Positions 23,352 to 36,100 of a DNA stretch of 64,000 nucleotides are shown here, one piece after another. Under the pieces are notes generated by a model that searched no databases, was not told where the DNA came from, and worked only from the letters and a program-made list of their open reading frames with translations. Position 1 is the stretch's first letter, and every line of letters starts with the position of its first letter. This DNA is from Glycera tridactyla (taxonomy: Eukaryota), in the NCBI GenBank assembly GCA_965644265.1, contig OZ286461.1, forward strand, positions 76,012,001 through 76,076,000. The letters are read 5' to 3'. A program made the translations under genes and the position numbers.

Positions 23352-25727
23352 CATTTTGTGTTTGTACATTTATTGTTGGCGAAAGGTGGGAGTGGTATGG
23401 CAAAGATGTGTTGGATATGGTGGTGTCAGCTTGTTGAATGCACTTGTACTAGTGATTTGAGCAGGCACTGCTCGCACCCTGTGTATGTGGTTGCTGTGGG
23501 GATAGTCATTTCCATGTTCATCCTATTTATTTATCAAGCACCAGAAGCTTTGACTTGACACACAATGTATGGAGTAACTTGGTGGTGCACATGGCCCCTG
23601 ACAACCTCTTGAAAATTCATTTTGAGTTCCATCAGGGCACGCCCGCTCCCAATTATATGTTCCTGATGTATGTGTCTGATATAAAATTCTCTGAAAATCT
23701 GTATCATTGCTGCATATAACACCCAACACATACGTTGTATACTTTGAGCAGAGCATGTTTTTCCATATTTTCGATATTGATGACCCAAATGAGTGCACAG
23801 AATGTAAAACCTGTATGTGTTTTATGTAATAGCCATAATCTCCTGTAACCATTTTGTTCATACACATTTTGCCATGTTACATGTGTTTGTCATGTATCAT
23901 TTGAAAGCTTTCATCATTTGCTACCTACCTGCTTGACTATACTGGAGGACTGGATAGTGACTCAACATGATTATCTTGCAACAACTCACTCTTCATGTGA
24001 AAGATGGCATGGCATACTGACAACACACAAAAAGACGTACCACGGTGTCAGAGCCCAGGGTCTACAAATGCAGCTGCTACCTATGAAAGGAGTCAAAACC
24101 TGTTTACGAAGACCACCATTGATCACAACAGGAAGTTGTCTTTGTGGTCTAGTCACAGCATAGGCTGGCCGTTGTTGATGAGTGGTCTTGTGCAGATTTA
24201 ACAGAATGTAAGAAAATGGATGAATGTATGTACCACATACCATGGTGCTTGATATTAAATTGAATGCTACTGTTATTCAAAATATACGATTTAGTCAAAA
24301 TATACCATTTGATCAGAGATATGATGTCTTCAATGAAAGATGCCAACAAATGGATGTTGCTCATAACATCATAATAAAGTCTTCATGAATTCAGTGTTTG
24401 ATCGTGATTGGGGTAATGCTTTGAGTATGGAATGTAAGAACAGAATATCCCATGATCTTTGACACTCTCAACATTTTCTGCCATGAGTGACAAATTGCTT
24501 GGTCATTTGTTCAATGATTGTCTTGTGATGGAATTTCAGATATGGTTAGTGATTATTATATGCATCGACATCGAAGCTACTAATGTTTGAGCCATCACAG
24601 TATTGTGAGTGTGGGTGTGTTTGCATTTATTGATAGGCCTATTTGACTGGTCGGTTTCGTTGAATGTGCATTGACGGAAATGTACTTAACAATCGTAGCC
24701 AGCCAAATAGGTTTCGTTTAACGTACTCAAATGACCGTTGAGATTGTACGCGATGAAAAAGTGTTAATGCACCACCCGAATACAAAAAGTGATCAACGAT
24801 CCGGCCATACTCAGCAAAATTGACCAGTCGAATAGGCCTGATGTCATTGTGTCATAAATGTTCATGTATGGGTACAATTATTTTTATATGTACTAAATTC
24901 AGTACACATACTTATTTGTTAGATGTTGTGTTTGTTATAAATGGTTTAATTTGTTAAGTGTTGTATTTCACCTGGTGCATGTATGAAAGCTCTCCATAAA
25001 CTACCCTCCATAGCAAGTAACTGCCAGTTTTCTACAGTCAGTTATCAAATTACTAGATTTTGAATGTAGTTTGCAAGTATGACAAGAGACAGGATGATTG
25101 TGGGTCCATGAACATACATGATGGGACTAGGAAGCAAGCCTGTATTGGGGATGAATCATGGATAATTAGCTGGGATACAATATCCCATACGGCGTGATAA
25201 AGTCTATATGGAGAGATATAGAACCTCCATCTGGGGATGGATTCTGGGCTGAGGAGGTTAAATTTCATGCCATCTCAACCCGAACTCAGGCTAGTCAGGC
25301 ATTCACGCGTCCTGTGCTGTAACATAGCTATGATCATGAATTATTTTGGTGCTCTGAACATGAATTGAAAGGACCCAGCTGATTAATTGATCAATGTTCA
25401 ATGGCATGTATCAACCCAAAAGATTATGTATGCCATGTCCCTGGTATATGAAAGCTAGATGTTCTGTCCCCTGCAGGCATCACTTGGACCCCACTGATGC
25501 ACCAAGTATGTGTGACGTAGGCAGGAATAAAGGACCAGATGTGCTCACTCACAAAAGTCACGCCTTTCTTGGAAAAACTGCAGGGTGTCAATGAACCATG
25601 CTATGGCTTGCAAGATGCACCATCCTTTCTCAAGTTAAGGGTCTGTTGATGCTTCAGTGGGCAGGGCATCCCCCACCCCCTGAAGTATAATCTCTTGGGT
25701 TGATCCATACAGATGAATCTGATTTAA

Positions 25728-25918
25728 CCATCAATCTTATACCCAGTGCCCAATTAGTAAATTTTGTCCCACCATCGATCTTGTGAGAAAACCAGTGCTC
25801 AATTGGTAAATTTTGTCCCACCATCAATCTTGTGAGATACCCAGTGCTCAATTGGTAAATTTTGTCCCACCATCAATCTTGTGAGATACCCAGTGCTCAA
25901 TTGGTAAATTTTGTCCCA
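25728..25918. repeat. 49-bp minisatellite, about 4 copies
   Basis: Unit CCATCAATCTTGTGAGATACCCAGTGCTCAATTGGTAAATTTTGTCCCA. Confidence 0.9.
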
Positions 25919-28181
25919 TTTGGGTACCTCGGTGGTCATTTGCGGGTGACAAGTCATAGGGCAGTATGTGTATCATATGACACACTGCACAATACGCTTG
26001 AATTGCTTTCCTAATGGTAATTACCGAGGTCTGTAGTATTCACCTGGCCCATTTTACTGATATGCTACCCATCTCCGACCCGATCGTCTGGATGGGATGG
26101 GAGCTGATGCCAGGTTATACAAGAGCAGCAGTATTGGGAGTTAAACACATTAGCATCACTCTATAAAATCTCACTTAGAAAAGTCAATGTGACACTTATG
26201 TTTTTTATTTCATTATTCATCGATATACTCTGCCAATCTGTCATCCGCCTATGTGTACATTTGGATCAATTGACTGTACATGAAATAATCCATATTGTTT
26301 GTAGATGTGCATTCAAAATATAATTGTTTCAAGTTTCCATGAATATTTTCATGCATTTATTTCTCTATATTGTTCCCATGTATATATAACATGACCTGTT
26401 TAGAAATGAATATGTGTATTATTACATGTCGCCATGAATATACTTAAAATTCTTAGATATCCTTATCATCAGTCGCAATAGATGAAATAAAGTTGTTTTT
26501 GACCTGCATTTTGTTTATTCTGTCTCCCCCCCCCCCGTTTTTACCCATGCCCATGTTTTCCCTTTCTTACCTGGCCTGCAGAGATGCATCCAGTTTTCAA
26601 GATGAAGGACCAAGTAGGCCCTTTTCCTCTAAGTGCTATTCCATTTAAAAGTAGGGGGAGGGGAATGGGGTGGGGGTGAGGGTGGGGGGGGGGGGTTGTT
26701 GATGTTGACCCCATTCCAAATAGAGGGGGAGGGGCGAATTCTGAATGGAAGGGGGTAATGCTCCAGAATGAACTGGGCAAAGTCCAAGCAAGTTCCAGGC
26801 CTAAATACAGGTCAACCTGTGATAGGGAGAGGTCAATAAAGTGAGAAATACTCGGTTAGTTCTGTCAGTGCCATATGCAATATTTTGTGATGCCCGTGCA
26901 ATGGGCATGGGTGGGATCATTCAAGAGTCCTCTGAGGTCCTTAACAGGAGGTAAAAATTTAGAAAATTCACGGAGCAGCACTCAAATCCTGGAAGAGTGA
27001 ATCGGACATCAGGAGACTGAAAAGGCAAAATTTACTCTCATAATAGGAGAGTAAATATTTCAAAAGATGATAGTGATCTACTAACTGTGAAGACACAGCA
27101 CTGCAACTTCGACTCTATGAGATGGTTTTACATATGCCTGCGCAGGTACAAGTTGCAGGGAGAAATATCAGCAGAACCTGGGTTGTAGAGAATCAGATCA
27201 TCACACCGCACTGATGATTCATTATGATTAGGCATCTATCCACTATTTATCTAAGCATTTTTCAGCTTGTTTACCTTTTATAACTTGCACAAATTCAGGA
27301 GTGATATTGTTTTCAGGAGAGTGATTCTTTAGACCTTGATGGGAGAATGGCTGTCAAAGTTTTACTCAAGGGCTTAGAGATGCTGAGCTTAAGTTGAAAA
27401 TGTGGTCTGATCTCTTAACTGGTAGAACGTGGTCAATGATACACCAACCACATCCGAGATGTTGCTCTGATGCCCTCAACCGGGACAGGGGCCGGAACAC
27501 CCTCCCCAGCGTCTATGGGGAGATCCTAAGATCATGTGATCCTCGCCCAACTTCCGCGTCATGTGATCAAGCAACAGCCGAGTCCCAGTAGCCTATAGCT
27601 GATGAAAGGGGTGGACGCTCGCAGAAAGCTTATACACCAAGAATCTTTACACAGTGAGTACCGTGAACTTATACTCCAAAAAGCTCTGATGCTAGTTTCT
27701 TTTTGAAAAAATAGCACCATAAAAGTCAGGGATTTGATTGGCTCACAACCTAAAACTTTGAAAACAAGATTTTGTGATCCAAGAAACCCCCAACAACTGC
27801 CAACTATAGCAACCAAAACTGCAAATAAACACTGCTCTATCTCCACTGATTCTGGTGCGATTATCTTTAACTAAAATTCAACATATTCAGCATAAAGTGA
27901 CCGTTCATGCAGGCATGGAGTGCAGCATTTGTGATGGAAAACCTGAGAAATCCGCAGATCCGTGGTGCAAATCACATCCCTGAAAAGTGCATGGTGACTT
28001 TCAACATGCACTTTTTTTTACGAAACATTTCTATTTTTTTCTGACAGAGTTAGATGATCAGAGTCCAGTAAAAAGTAAAAAGTCTCAACCAGAAGCCTGC
28101 ATCACTAGAGATCTACAATGAAGTAACAGAAAATGTGTAAAAGATTAGGAATGCTGCGACTTATCACCGCTACCCCTACTG

Positions 28182-28369
28182 CATAGATGCCAACCGGTGA
28201 TAGACACAAATAGTAGCAGTACCGAATTCAAAGAGTTTCAGTGCCAGTATTTGCAATGAAACAATAAGAAAAATCCTGATTTTTCAGAGTAGCATTACTC
28301 GTAAAATGGAAGAATTCTGGACTAAAAAGAGTAGTTGCTACTCCAAAATTGTAGCAGTTTGCATCTCTG
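28182..28369. mobile_element. Non-autonomous TIR element with 6-bp TSD CTACTG
   Basis: ctactg|CATAGATGCCAAC ... GTTTGCATCTCTG|ctactg. Confidence 0.85.
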
Positions 28370-30036
28370 CTACTGGGACTTCAAATTTGCATTATGATCA
28401 CACAAGGGTAAATGGACCTAGAAAACTGCCTCAAAGGACTGGTTCATAGACAGCAAACCTTCATGTTGAAAATGTTCTCTTTGAGGTATGGAATAAGCTC
28501 CAAAATGTGATGAGAACTTTCCTCATGAAACATCCGTTACCAACCAGATATTGGTATATCTTGAAACTTTGAGACATGAAAAGATTTTGTAATTTTATTC
28601 AATCATTCTCACAATCCAGTGTTTTTATAATGTGAAATTCAAAACTTGTTCTCAAGAGCTTTGGACATCTTTCAGAGATAGAAATCTGGAATTCACTTCT
28701 CAATTCATTTGATAGATGCTTGGTCCATTAAACAAAATATAAAATTATGGTTGATGCATGTAGCTATCAGTGTCATGTAGGTTCAGATGATTGATTTATT
28801 GATTGATGTGTTGGGGCATGTATCGACCCAGAGGATCATGTATGCCATCCCCTGCAGGCATCACTCACACAATGTAACTTGCTGAAAGCTGACACTCAAA
28901 CCTGATGGCAGTGCTTTCTCTAAGCAAAGCACAGTGCTTGAAACAAGGAAGAGCATTAGGTATGGAGGATACTCAACCAATGTGTTCAATCACGAACTGT
29001 CAACTTCAAACCAGCTTTACAATTATAGGCGCCCCATGGTTGCGGTACAATGCCATCACACAACCCAGTACCATATCACTGCTAGAAATGCTGATTGTGT
29101 GGAGGCAGCAGCAATATACTGGATGCAATTTTAATCCTTCAAAATTGAGATCTATGGATATTTTCACACAAAGAGAAGACAGCCAGGTGAACATGACTTT
29201 ATTCTGTACATAATTAAATAAACACTCATATTATACACATCTATTCTCAAATTAATAGCAACATAACATGACAGCGGGATATAACTGGTAAAAATGTACA
29301 GTTGCATCCAGGATATCCTAAATTGGGGTGGGGGGGGGGCATTTCAAATTTGAGAACATTTCACAAAATTTCCCAATATAGGTTCCCTAGATGTGGAAAA
29401 AATCCAATCTGCATGATATTTATGGAAGGGATGGGGGAGGGCCACTGGCTCCTGATTGCCTTGAATAAGGGCGCCCACTCAACTGCCAGTAAATGTGTGA
29501 ATTGGTCTCAGGTCTTTAGGATGCATTCTTGGAAATGAACTAAGGATGGAGTGATGACGAATGAAGTTTGCCACCACTCTCAACGAATAGTGATCTCAGG
29601 ACCTCTAGTCTTTCATGTAACTTTGTATGCACCTACCAAGTAACTGATAATATAATCAAATGTATATAATTGATCATATACTTGAGTGATTGATGGAAAT
29701 TGAGAAGGCATAGAAGGATGCAAAAATGTTGCATGATCTCCAGTGAAGATGTGGACTAGGTGAATTGTCCATCGCCAAAAAATGTCCGCAATCAGATGAA
29801 GAAATATATCACTAAAATGACTAAACTTATAATAAGGGACTTTAACATATGATTGAATTTAACATATCTACATCTAACAATATAGCCGAACCAAATATAA
29901 AATCGGCAAGTACAAACTGAGAATCTTTCTGTTGAGTTTTGGGCATATTCTCTGCATATCTTGCTACTACACTATCGATGATCCACTGTAATGTAGGAGT
30001 GGCTTCATTGGAATACACTTAATAAAAGGAGAGTCC

Positions 30037-30126
30037 TTAATTGATACCATCTTCTTTTGGACTAGACAGTTTCTGCTCGAACTTGTCGAATTCTTCTCTT
30101 GTGACGATATCCAGCTCATCCTCAAC
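30037..30126 (-). CDS. NFU1: NFU1 exon 8 (stop)
   Basis: ttgcag|GTT..AAT TAA; [29 protein letters not shown]. Confidence 0.93.
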   Translation of the reverse strand, partial: VEDELDIVTREEFDKFEQKLSSPKEDGIN

Positions 30127-33100
30127 CTGCAACCACACCGCCATCTTATCTTGAAACAGTATGCAGTATTATCGAGTATACTCGATTATCAATCGATCAT
30201 GCTGGCAAAATAGACAATTGATTGCAGGGATGAGGAATTGATTTGATCAGAATACAGTAAGCGCATGTGTTTCAGTGGATCTGCAAAACAACCACATTCC
30301 TGGATTGGGCTTGCACACTGATGCTCTGAACATTTAAAGGATGCCAATTTACCTGTCTGGTAAACGTTCCCTTCCACCATGGTAGATAGCCACGCAGTCA
30401 AATCCCATAATACTCGATGCCAAATCTAAGTTTTCCCTTGACCCACCAATACCTCTCACTATTGTGTGAGCTCCTCAATACATTACTTCTGTGCAACACT
30501 CATCATGTCACTGTACAGGGAGCTACGAAAGTCATGTCAACGGTTAGGGATAGGGACCCTCATGGATATTTTCGAAGTTAGTACAAGTGGAAAGTTAGGT
30601 TTAGACACTATCATGACCGTACCAAAGTTGGCAGTCTATGCTGACTGTAGTGGAGACTCCTCAAAGTGTGTGTGCCCCTGTTCTTCATGTCAGTCTCAAA
30701 TTTCAAACTCTCATACTTTTCAAGGCAAGATATCTATTGAATGTATTGTAAAGTGTTAAAACTAAGTGTTGGCCACAGGCAGGGAGACATGGCACTGCTC
30801 TAGGAAGCTCCATCGCATGTGGCCTGTTAATATATGCCCCAGGAAAAACATCACATGCTGTATTCTACCGACATGGATGCACATTAAGAGGCACCTGACT
30901 TTTCTTATCAAATATGAATACTAGTGCCTAATTTTATGTGGCATGCACTGCTTCAAGCAGGGCTCCACACTGTGATTACCCTCGCATAATTCTTTGGGGT
31001 CAATCACACCAAGTGAATAGTTTTCACACAAGTCATCTCATTGGTGATGAGTGTTCTGCTATTTGACTGGTACGGGAAAGTGTTGTTATTTGCTAGCTGA
31101 ATTCTTCCAAACTCAGGATGCACAAGGTTGCCATCAATTCCTCTGCCCCCAACTCCCGAATTTGATTATCTGATAGCCCCCTTCTTCCTTGAATTGGCTT
31201 CCACTCTGTCTTTACTTTTACATAGGAGATCCCTGAGCAGGTGGTTCGATAAAAAATAATTAACAAGACTTATGAGAGCTTACAGACGGGACTGGCCAAC
31301 ACACACACACATGCACTGCCAGTGAGTTGAAAGGTGAGACTAATATTAGCTTACCTGTTCAACCGCTTTAACTTCTGGGATATAGAACTGCATCATATTC
31401 TCAACGCCATGTTTGAGGGTGACAGTCGAACTTGGGCAACTTGTACACGATCCCTGCATCTTCAATTTCACTATACCATTTTCAAATCCCTGAAAAAGTG
31501 AAGCGAGATTAGTAACTTGTCAATAAGAAGTGAATATCTTGACTGGTTACCTCCACAGTACAGTGGCAGTCCAACCATCATATCAAGTCAGGCATGAGTA
31601 CAAGTTGGCATCATTTGACGAATGTGTCAAATACAGTGGAACCTGTGACAGGAGACCCCTGAGGAGAGACACCTCAGACAGCTTCTTTGTCAAGGAAGCT
31701 TTTCTTTTTGACAGTCATACTTCAGTGAAATCACTGCATAAAATACTTTTTCTGAACCTATTTGAGCAAAATACTCATAAGAAAATCTGGTGAATATCAT
31801 TTCACAGATGTCCTTCATTGAATAGAGATAATCATACATTTCAAAAAACAGTCGAACCTGTCTAAAGACCGCCTTTGGTCATATCGAAAAGTGGTCTTTA
31901 TGGGCAGGTGGTCTTTACAGAGAGGTCATTTACTGTTGAAAATACTATCACGGTCGCAGCTCAGGGCAGTCTTTATAGGCAGGTGGTCTTTATAGAGAGG
32001 TGGTCTTTAGAGCAGGTTCGACTGTACAAGTATCACAGATGTGTATTTTATGCATGGTTTTGAAGTGATTTTTTCCCTGCATGAGTTGCTCCAAGATACA
32101 TTGATGGTGGGACTAGAAAAATATCAATCTAGCCTGATGTAGAATCACTCACCATGAACACAATATCTCCACCATCCTCCTGCACGGTAGGCCGTATTCG
32201 TGTGTCAAGCAACTCTTTGATCATGGACACGGTCTCATCATCTTCTTCACTATCCATATCATCTGCAGTCACAAAATTGATTCCTCAAGACTCGAAACTG
32301 TTAATTCATTTATTCATCTGTTTATTGACATTTCTTTCCATAAATGAAAGAGACGACAAAACCAGATTCTTATTTCCATACAGAATCATACTTGTAATCA
32401 CATAATAGGGGTCCCAGGATTATCCCATAGCTGTCTAACTATAGAATCATCCAATTGTCCTGGGCAAAAACATTTGCTAAATTAATTCATTCCCAAGAAA
32501 ATGAAACAATATTGAGCTGAATGCGTGCATCGAGCTTGCTGCTGATATCGCTGGTTGTAGCGATTCACCCATTAATGAGGAAGTGGGAGCATCCAGGGGA
32601 GACTGGAACTGTGATCCAGAGGATGATTAATGCCCCCCCCCCACCCCCCCCCACCCTCACTCACCCCAGCCAATGTGAACTTATGAGCACCAGGAATATC
32701 TATCAAGATGACAGCCCCAGGTCTGGGTACTGTAGGATCAATACAAGAAGCTGTCATGGACAGTGTATTCATCACCACAGGTGCTGATCTGCAGGTGAGA
32801 TCCAACATGAGCGATAATTCTGGATACTAACTTTTGAATATGGTCGCCTTAAGAGAACCCACAGGTAGCAATGTAGAGTGTAAGCATGCATGCATGCAAA
32901 CTCATGCACACTTGATGTTGAAATCAACCAAAGGTGAAGCTTGGCTATCTCAAAAAATGTCAAAAGCTGCATGTAAAATAAATCAAATGGCAGTAATTCA
33001 AAAGTTGTAGGGTAAAAGAAATATGCCTATGCACACCTACCCCTCATTGGTAGTGCACATACCAGAAATGGGCAGTGTAGTATCAATACAGTGGACACAG

Positions 33101-36100
33101 CGTGCGCCGGACAGACTGAATCCAGTATGCCCCCCACCTTTGGTGGTGGGGGGGGGGGGGGGGGGGGCATAATAACGGCATTGTTGTGACATTTTGCTTA
33201 ATTATGATCAGTAAACCTACCCGCAGCTTCATTCAGACTACTTTCTGATACAACAGGCAAGCCAGTAGCGAAAAAGTCCATTACAGTTGCAAACACCTCT
33301 GCCTTGACTACCTGCCAGTCACTATCATCCACCTGAAAACATAAGTGAAGTGAAAACTACAATGAGCAACACTCTAATGAAAGACAATCTCTCACACAAT
33401 CTCCCTCCCCCCCCCCCACACACACACACCTCACATGATCGTTCCCAGAGGAGTCATGCAGCATGAATCATGAATGACCAATTAGCATGTGTGTAAACAC
33501 TGGGTGATGATATCTGTAAACCATATAGCATTTTCTAACACTCCGACATACGAATTTATCTACGAATACTGAAAAAAATCACAAATGTATGATTGAACTA
33601 GATGCACTTAATGAGTGTGAATGGCCTGCAAAGTGCATGCTTGTCACAGGGAGACTAGGTAAGAGAAGTGAGATATATCGTCGAAACCAATGCCTTTTCA
33701 CATGGAATAACCTTCAAATTCAAGATGGCCATCCCAAAACCAATGGATGTTTCAAACTCTTGATTTTTCATCCAGAACCATTTTGACCTCGAAAAACAAA
33801 ATGGCCACCACAGAATAGATAGGTGTCTTGCCATAGCCTGGGAGAATCTGTACATAAACTTTGTCTAGCCCTCAAACCGTCTGACTGAGTTGTAGTCCCA
33901 AATCTGTTTCAAGTTCAAAATGAAAGTCCCACCTGGTGGAATATTGCCATTTTATTTGATAATCAATCATGCGCTCTTGTTACATCACTAGATATAAAAC
34001 TTGATTGTGTCTTGAAACATAGGTTTACACATGGCTATCATTACAGCCTCGAATTACAAGAATTTCAGGTTCAGGCCCTGTGGGCACAAGCTGAAAAATA
34101 CTGTTGAACCAGTCTACAAAGGCCACCTATGGTCACATAGAAAAGTGACCTTTATGAGGAGGTCATTAACTGTAGAAAATACTATGATGGCCACAGCTCA
34201 GGCTGGCCTTTGTAGAGAGGTGTTGTCTCGAGCAGGTTCAAAGAGTCTGTTTGTACCGTGTGTCACATTGTATATGGGACTAAGGAACTGTTGTATTGTA
34301 TCCAAATCATGGAGATTAGAGTAGAGGAAACAGGAAGGACTTACTTTGGAAATTGTGATAAAGTCTGTTCCAAAGAAAACACCAGAAACTCCATTTATCC
34401 TAAACAATTGCCTGAAAAAGAAATAATAGAAAACGATGATGCAAGGATGCCAATTACCAAGGACTAGAATGAGTACAGTGAAACCTGTCATGAGCGACCC
34501 CCCCAACTAGCGACCACCTCTCTTGAACGACCATTTTTCCCGCCAAAATACCAAATACAGAGATGCCAACTTTCCGCGGCCGGAATTCCTAAAGATGCCG
34601 AAAAAAATTCTAATAATTCTGCATGAATTCCTAATCTTGTCAGTGAAAATTCCTAATGAAAATTCCTAATGATTGCATTGCATTGAAACTGGGAAGGTGC
34701 AAGCATAAGGTGCATTCTTCCACACAATGTGACCTGTATCATTCATTAGAATATAGTCGAACCTCCATAAAGACTGCCTTCAGTCGCACCAAAAAGTGGT
34801 CTTTACAAGGAGGTGGTCTTTATAGAGAGGTCGTTTACTGTTGAAAATAGTACTATGGTCGCAGCTCAGGGTGGTCTTTATTGGGAGGTGGTATAGATGA
34901 ATTGGATGAGGAAACACGACTGAAATTTACTCATCAACTGTTCACTGGTAATGGTATATCAGTGATGAAAGTGACTCACGACCAAATCTCCTGAAAAGTG
35001 CGTAAACCGGTTTTGGGATTCATGACATATCGCGGCGCGCATTTGTGTTAAAAGGAAAATCATCTGAAATAATTGAATTTTATTGAAAATACCTATGTAT
35101 TTCTTACTATTCCACCCATATTGAGAAAATCAATAGTATTTGGCCAGATTGCTGGTCTACTGATCAATTGCATCAGTTTGCCAGATTCCTGCAGGAGGGC
35201 TCTTCACGAAGACTTCCTTTTTGAAGGAAACTTGTTTTCGAAACCAAAGTGACAGAACGATCTGAGCAGAGATGGCCAATATCGCAGATCAGTCTGGTTC
35301 TTTCTGGATGACAGTGAGTAAAAACGATACCAACATGGCGATAATCACGTGTATTTCACATCCCAAACGTAGGTATGGGGAAATCTAGTCTCTTCACCCT
35401 CTATTTGAAGAACAATCGTATGTTGTTTCTACATTTCGGCTTCCCCGGGCGCCATTGTTTTGCTCCACTGCGCAAGCGCTTTCTCGCCTCTGAAACAGAT
35501 GCCTTCCCCAGTTGAACGATTGTCGCACGTGTATTAAACATGGCCAAAGAAATCAAGAGCGTCTGTCACGGAGGCAAGGCGAATCCGGCGCTTGTTCGTC
35601 TAATTGCAATTAACATGGATTATCGGACAATCTAATGGCAATAAACAGACGTCTTTCATCGCGTTACTCTCCAGAGGCATTCTTTATTTGTCTTCTTCCC
35701 CAGGGTAAGTAACAAGACGCCATCCGTTGCTCGAATGTATGGATTTGGTTTTGGATTACTCGCAATCAAAGTGACAGTTCACGCGCCATGTTTCAAAGTT
35801 GCGATTTTGCCGGATTTCTCCTCACCTCCGGCGAATATTCTCGAAAATCGGCCATCTCCGGAATTCCGCAAATCTCCGGAAGACTTTCATCACTGGTATA
35901 TCAACACTGATAGAGAGATTACTTTGTTATCTCATTATATGAGATACAATGTATAGGGGATGAGAGAGGAGGGTGGGGGGGGGGGGGCATTTATCAGACA
36001 GCTCAATGAAATCTGACTTGAAGCAAAGAGCTTGTATAGGCTCTTTGCTTGAAGGCCATAAAAAAATGGTCAGTTGCACAGCATATAATAATCTAACCTG

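Noticed and set aside
22297-24364. Cluster of short ORFs between STAT and NFU1
   Set aside because: No motif recognised and no consistent splice chain; probably decayed repeats or intergenic sequence.
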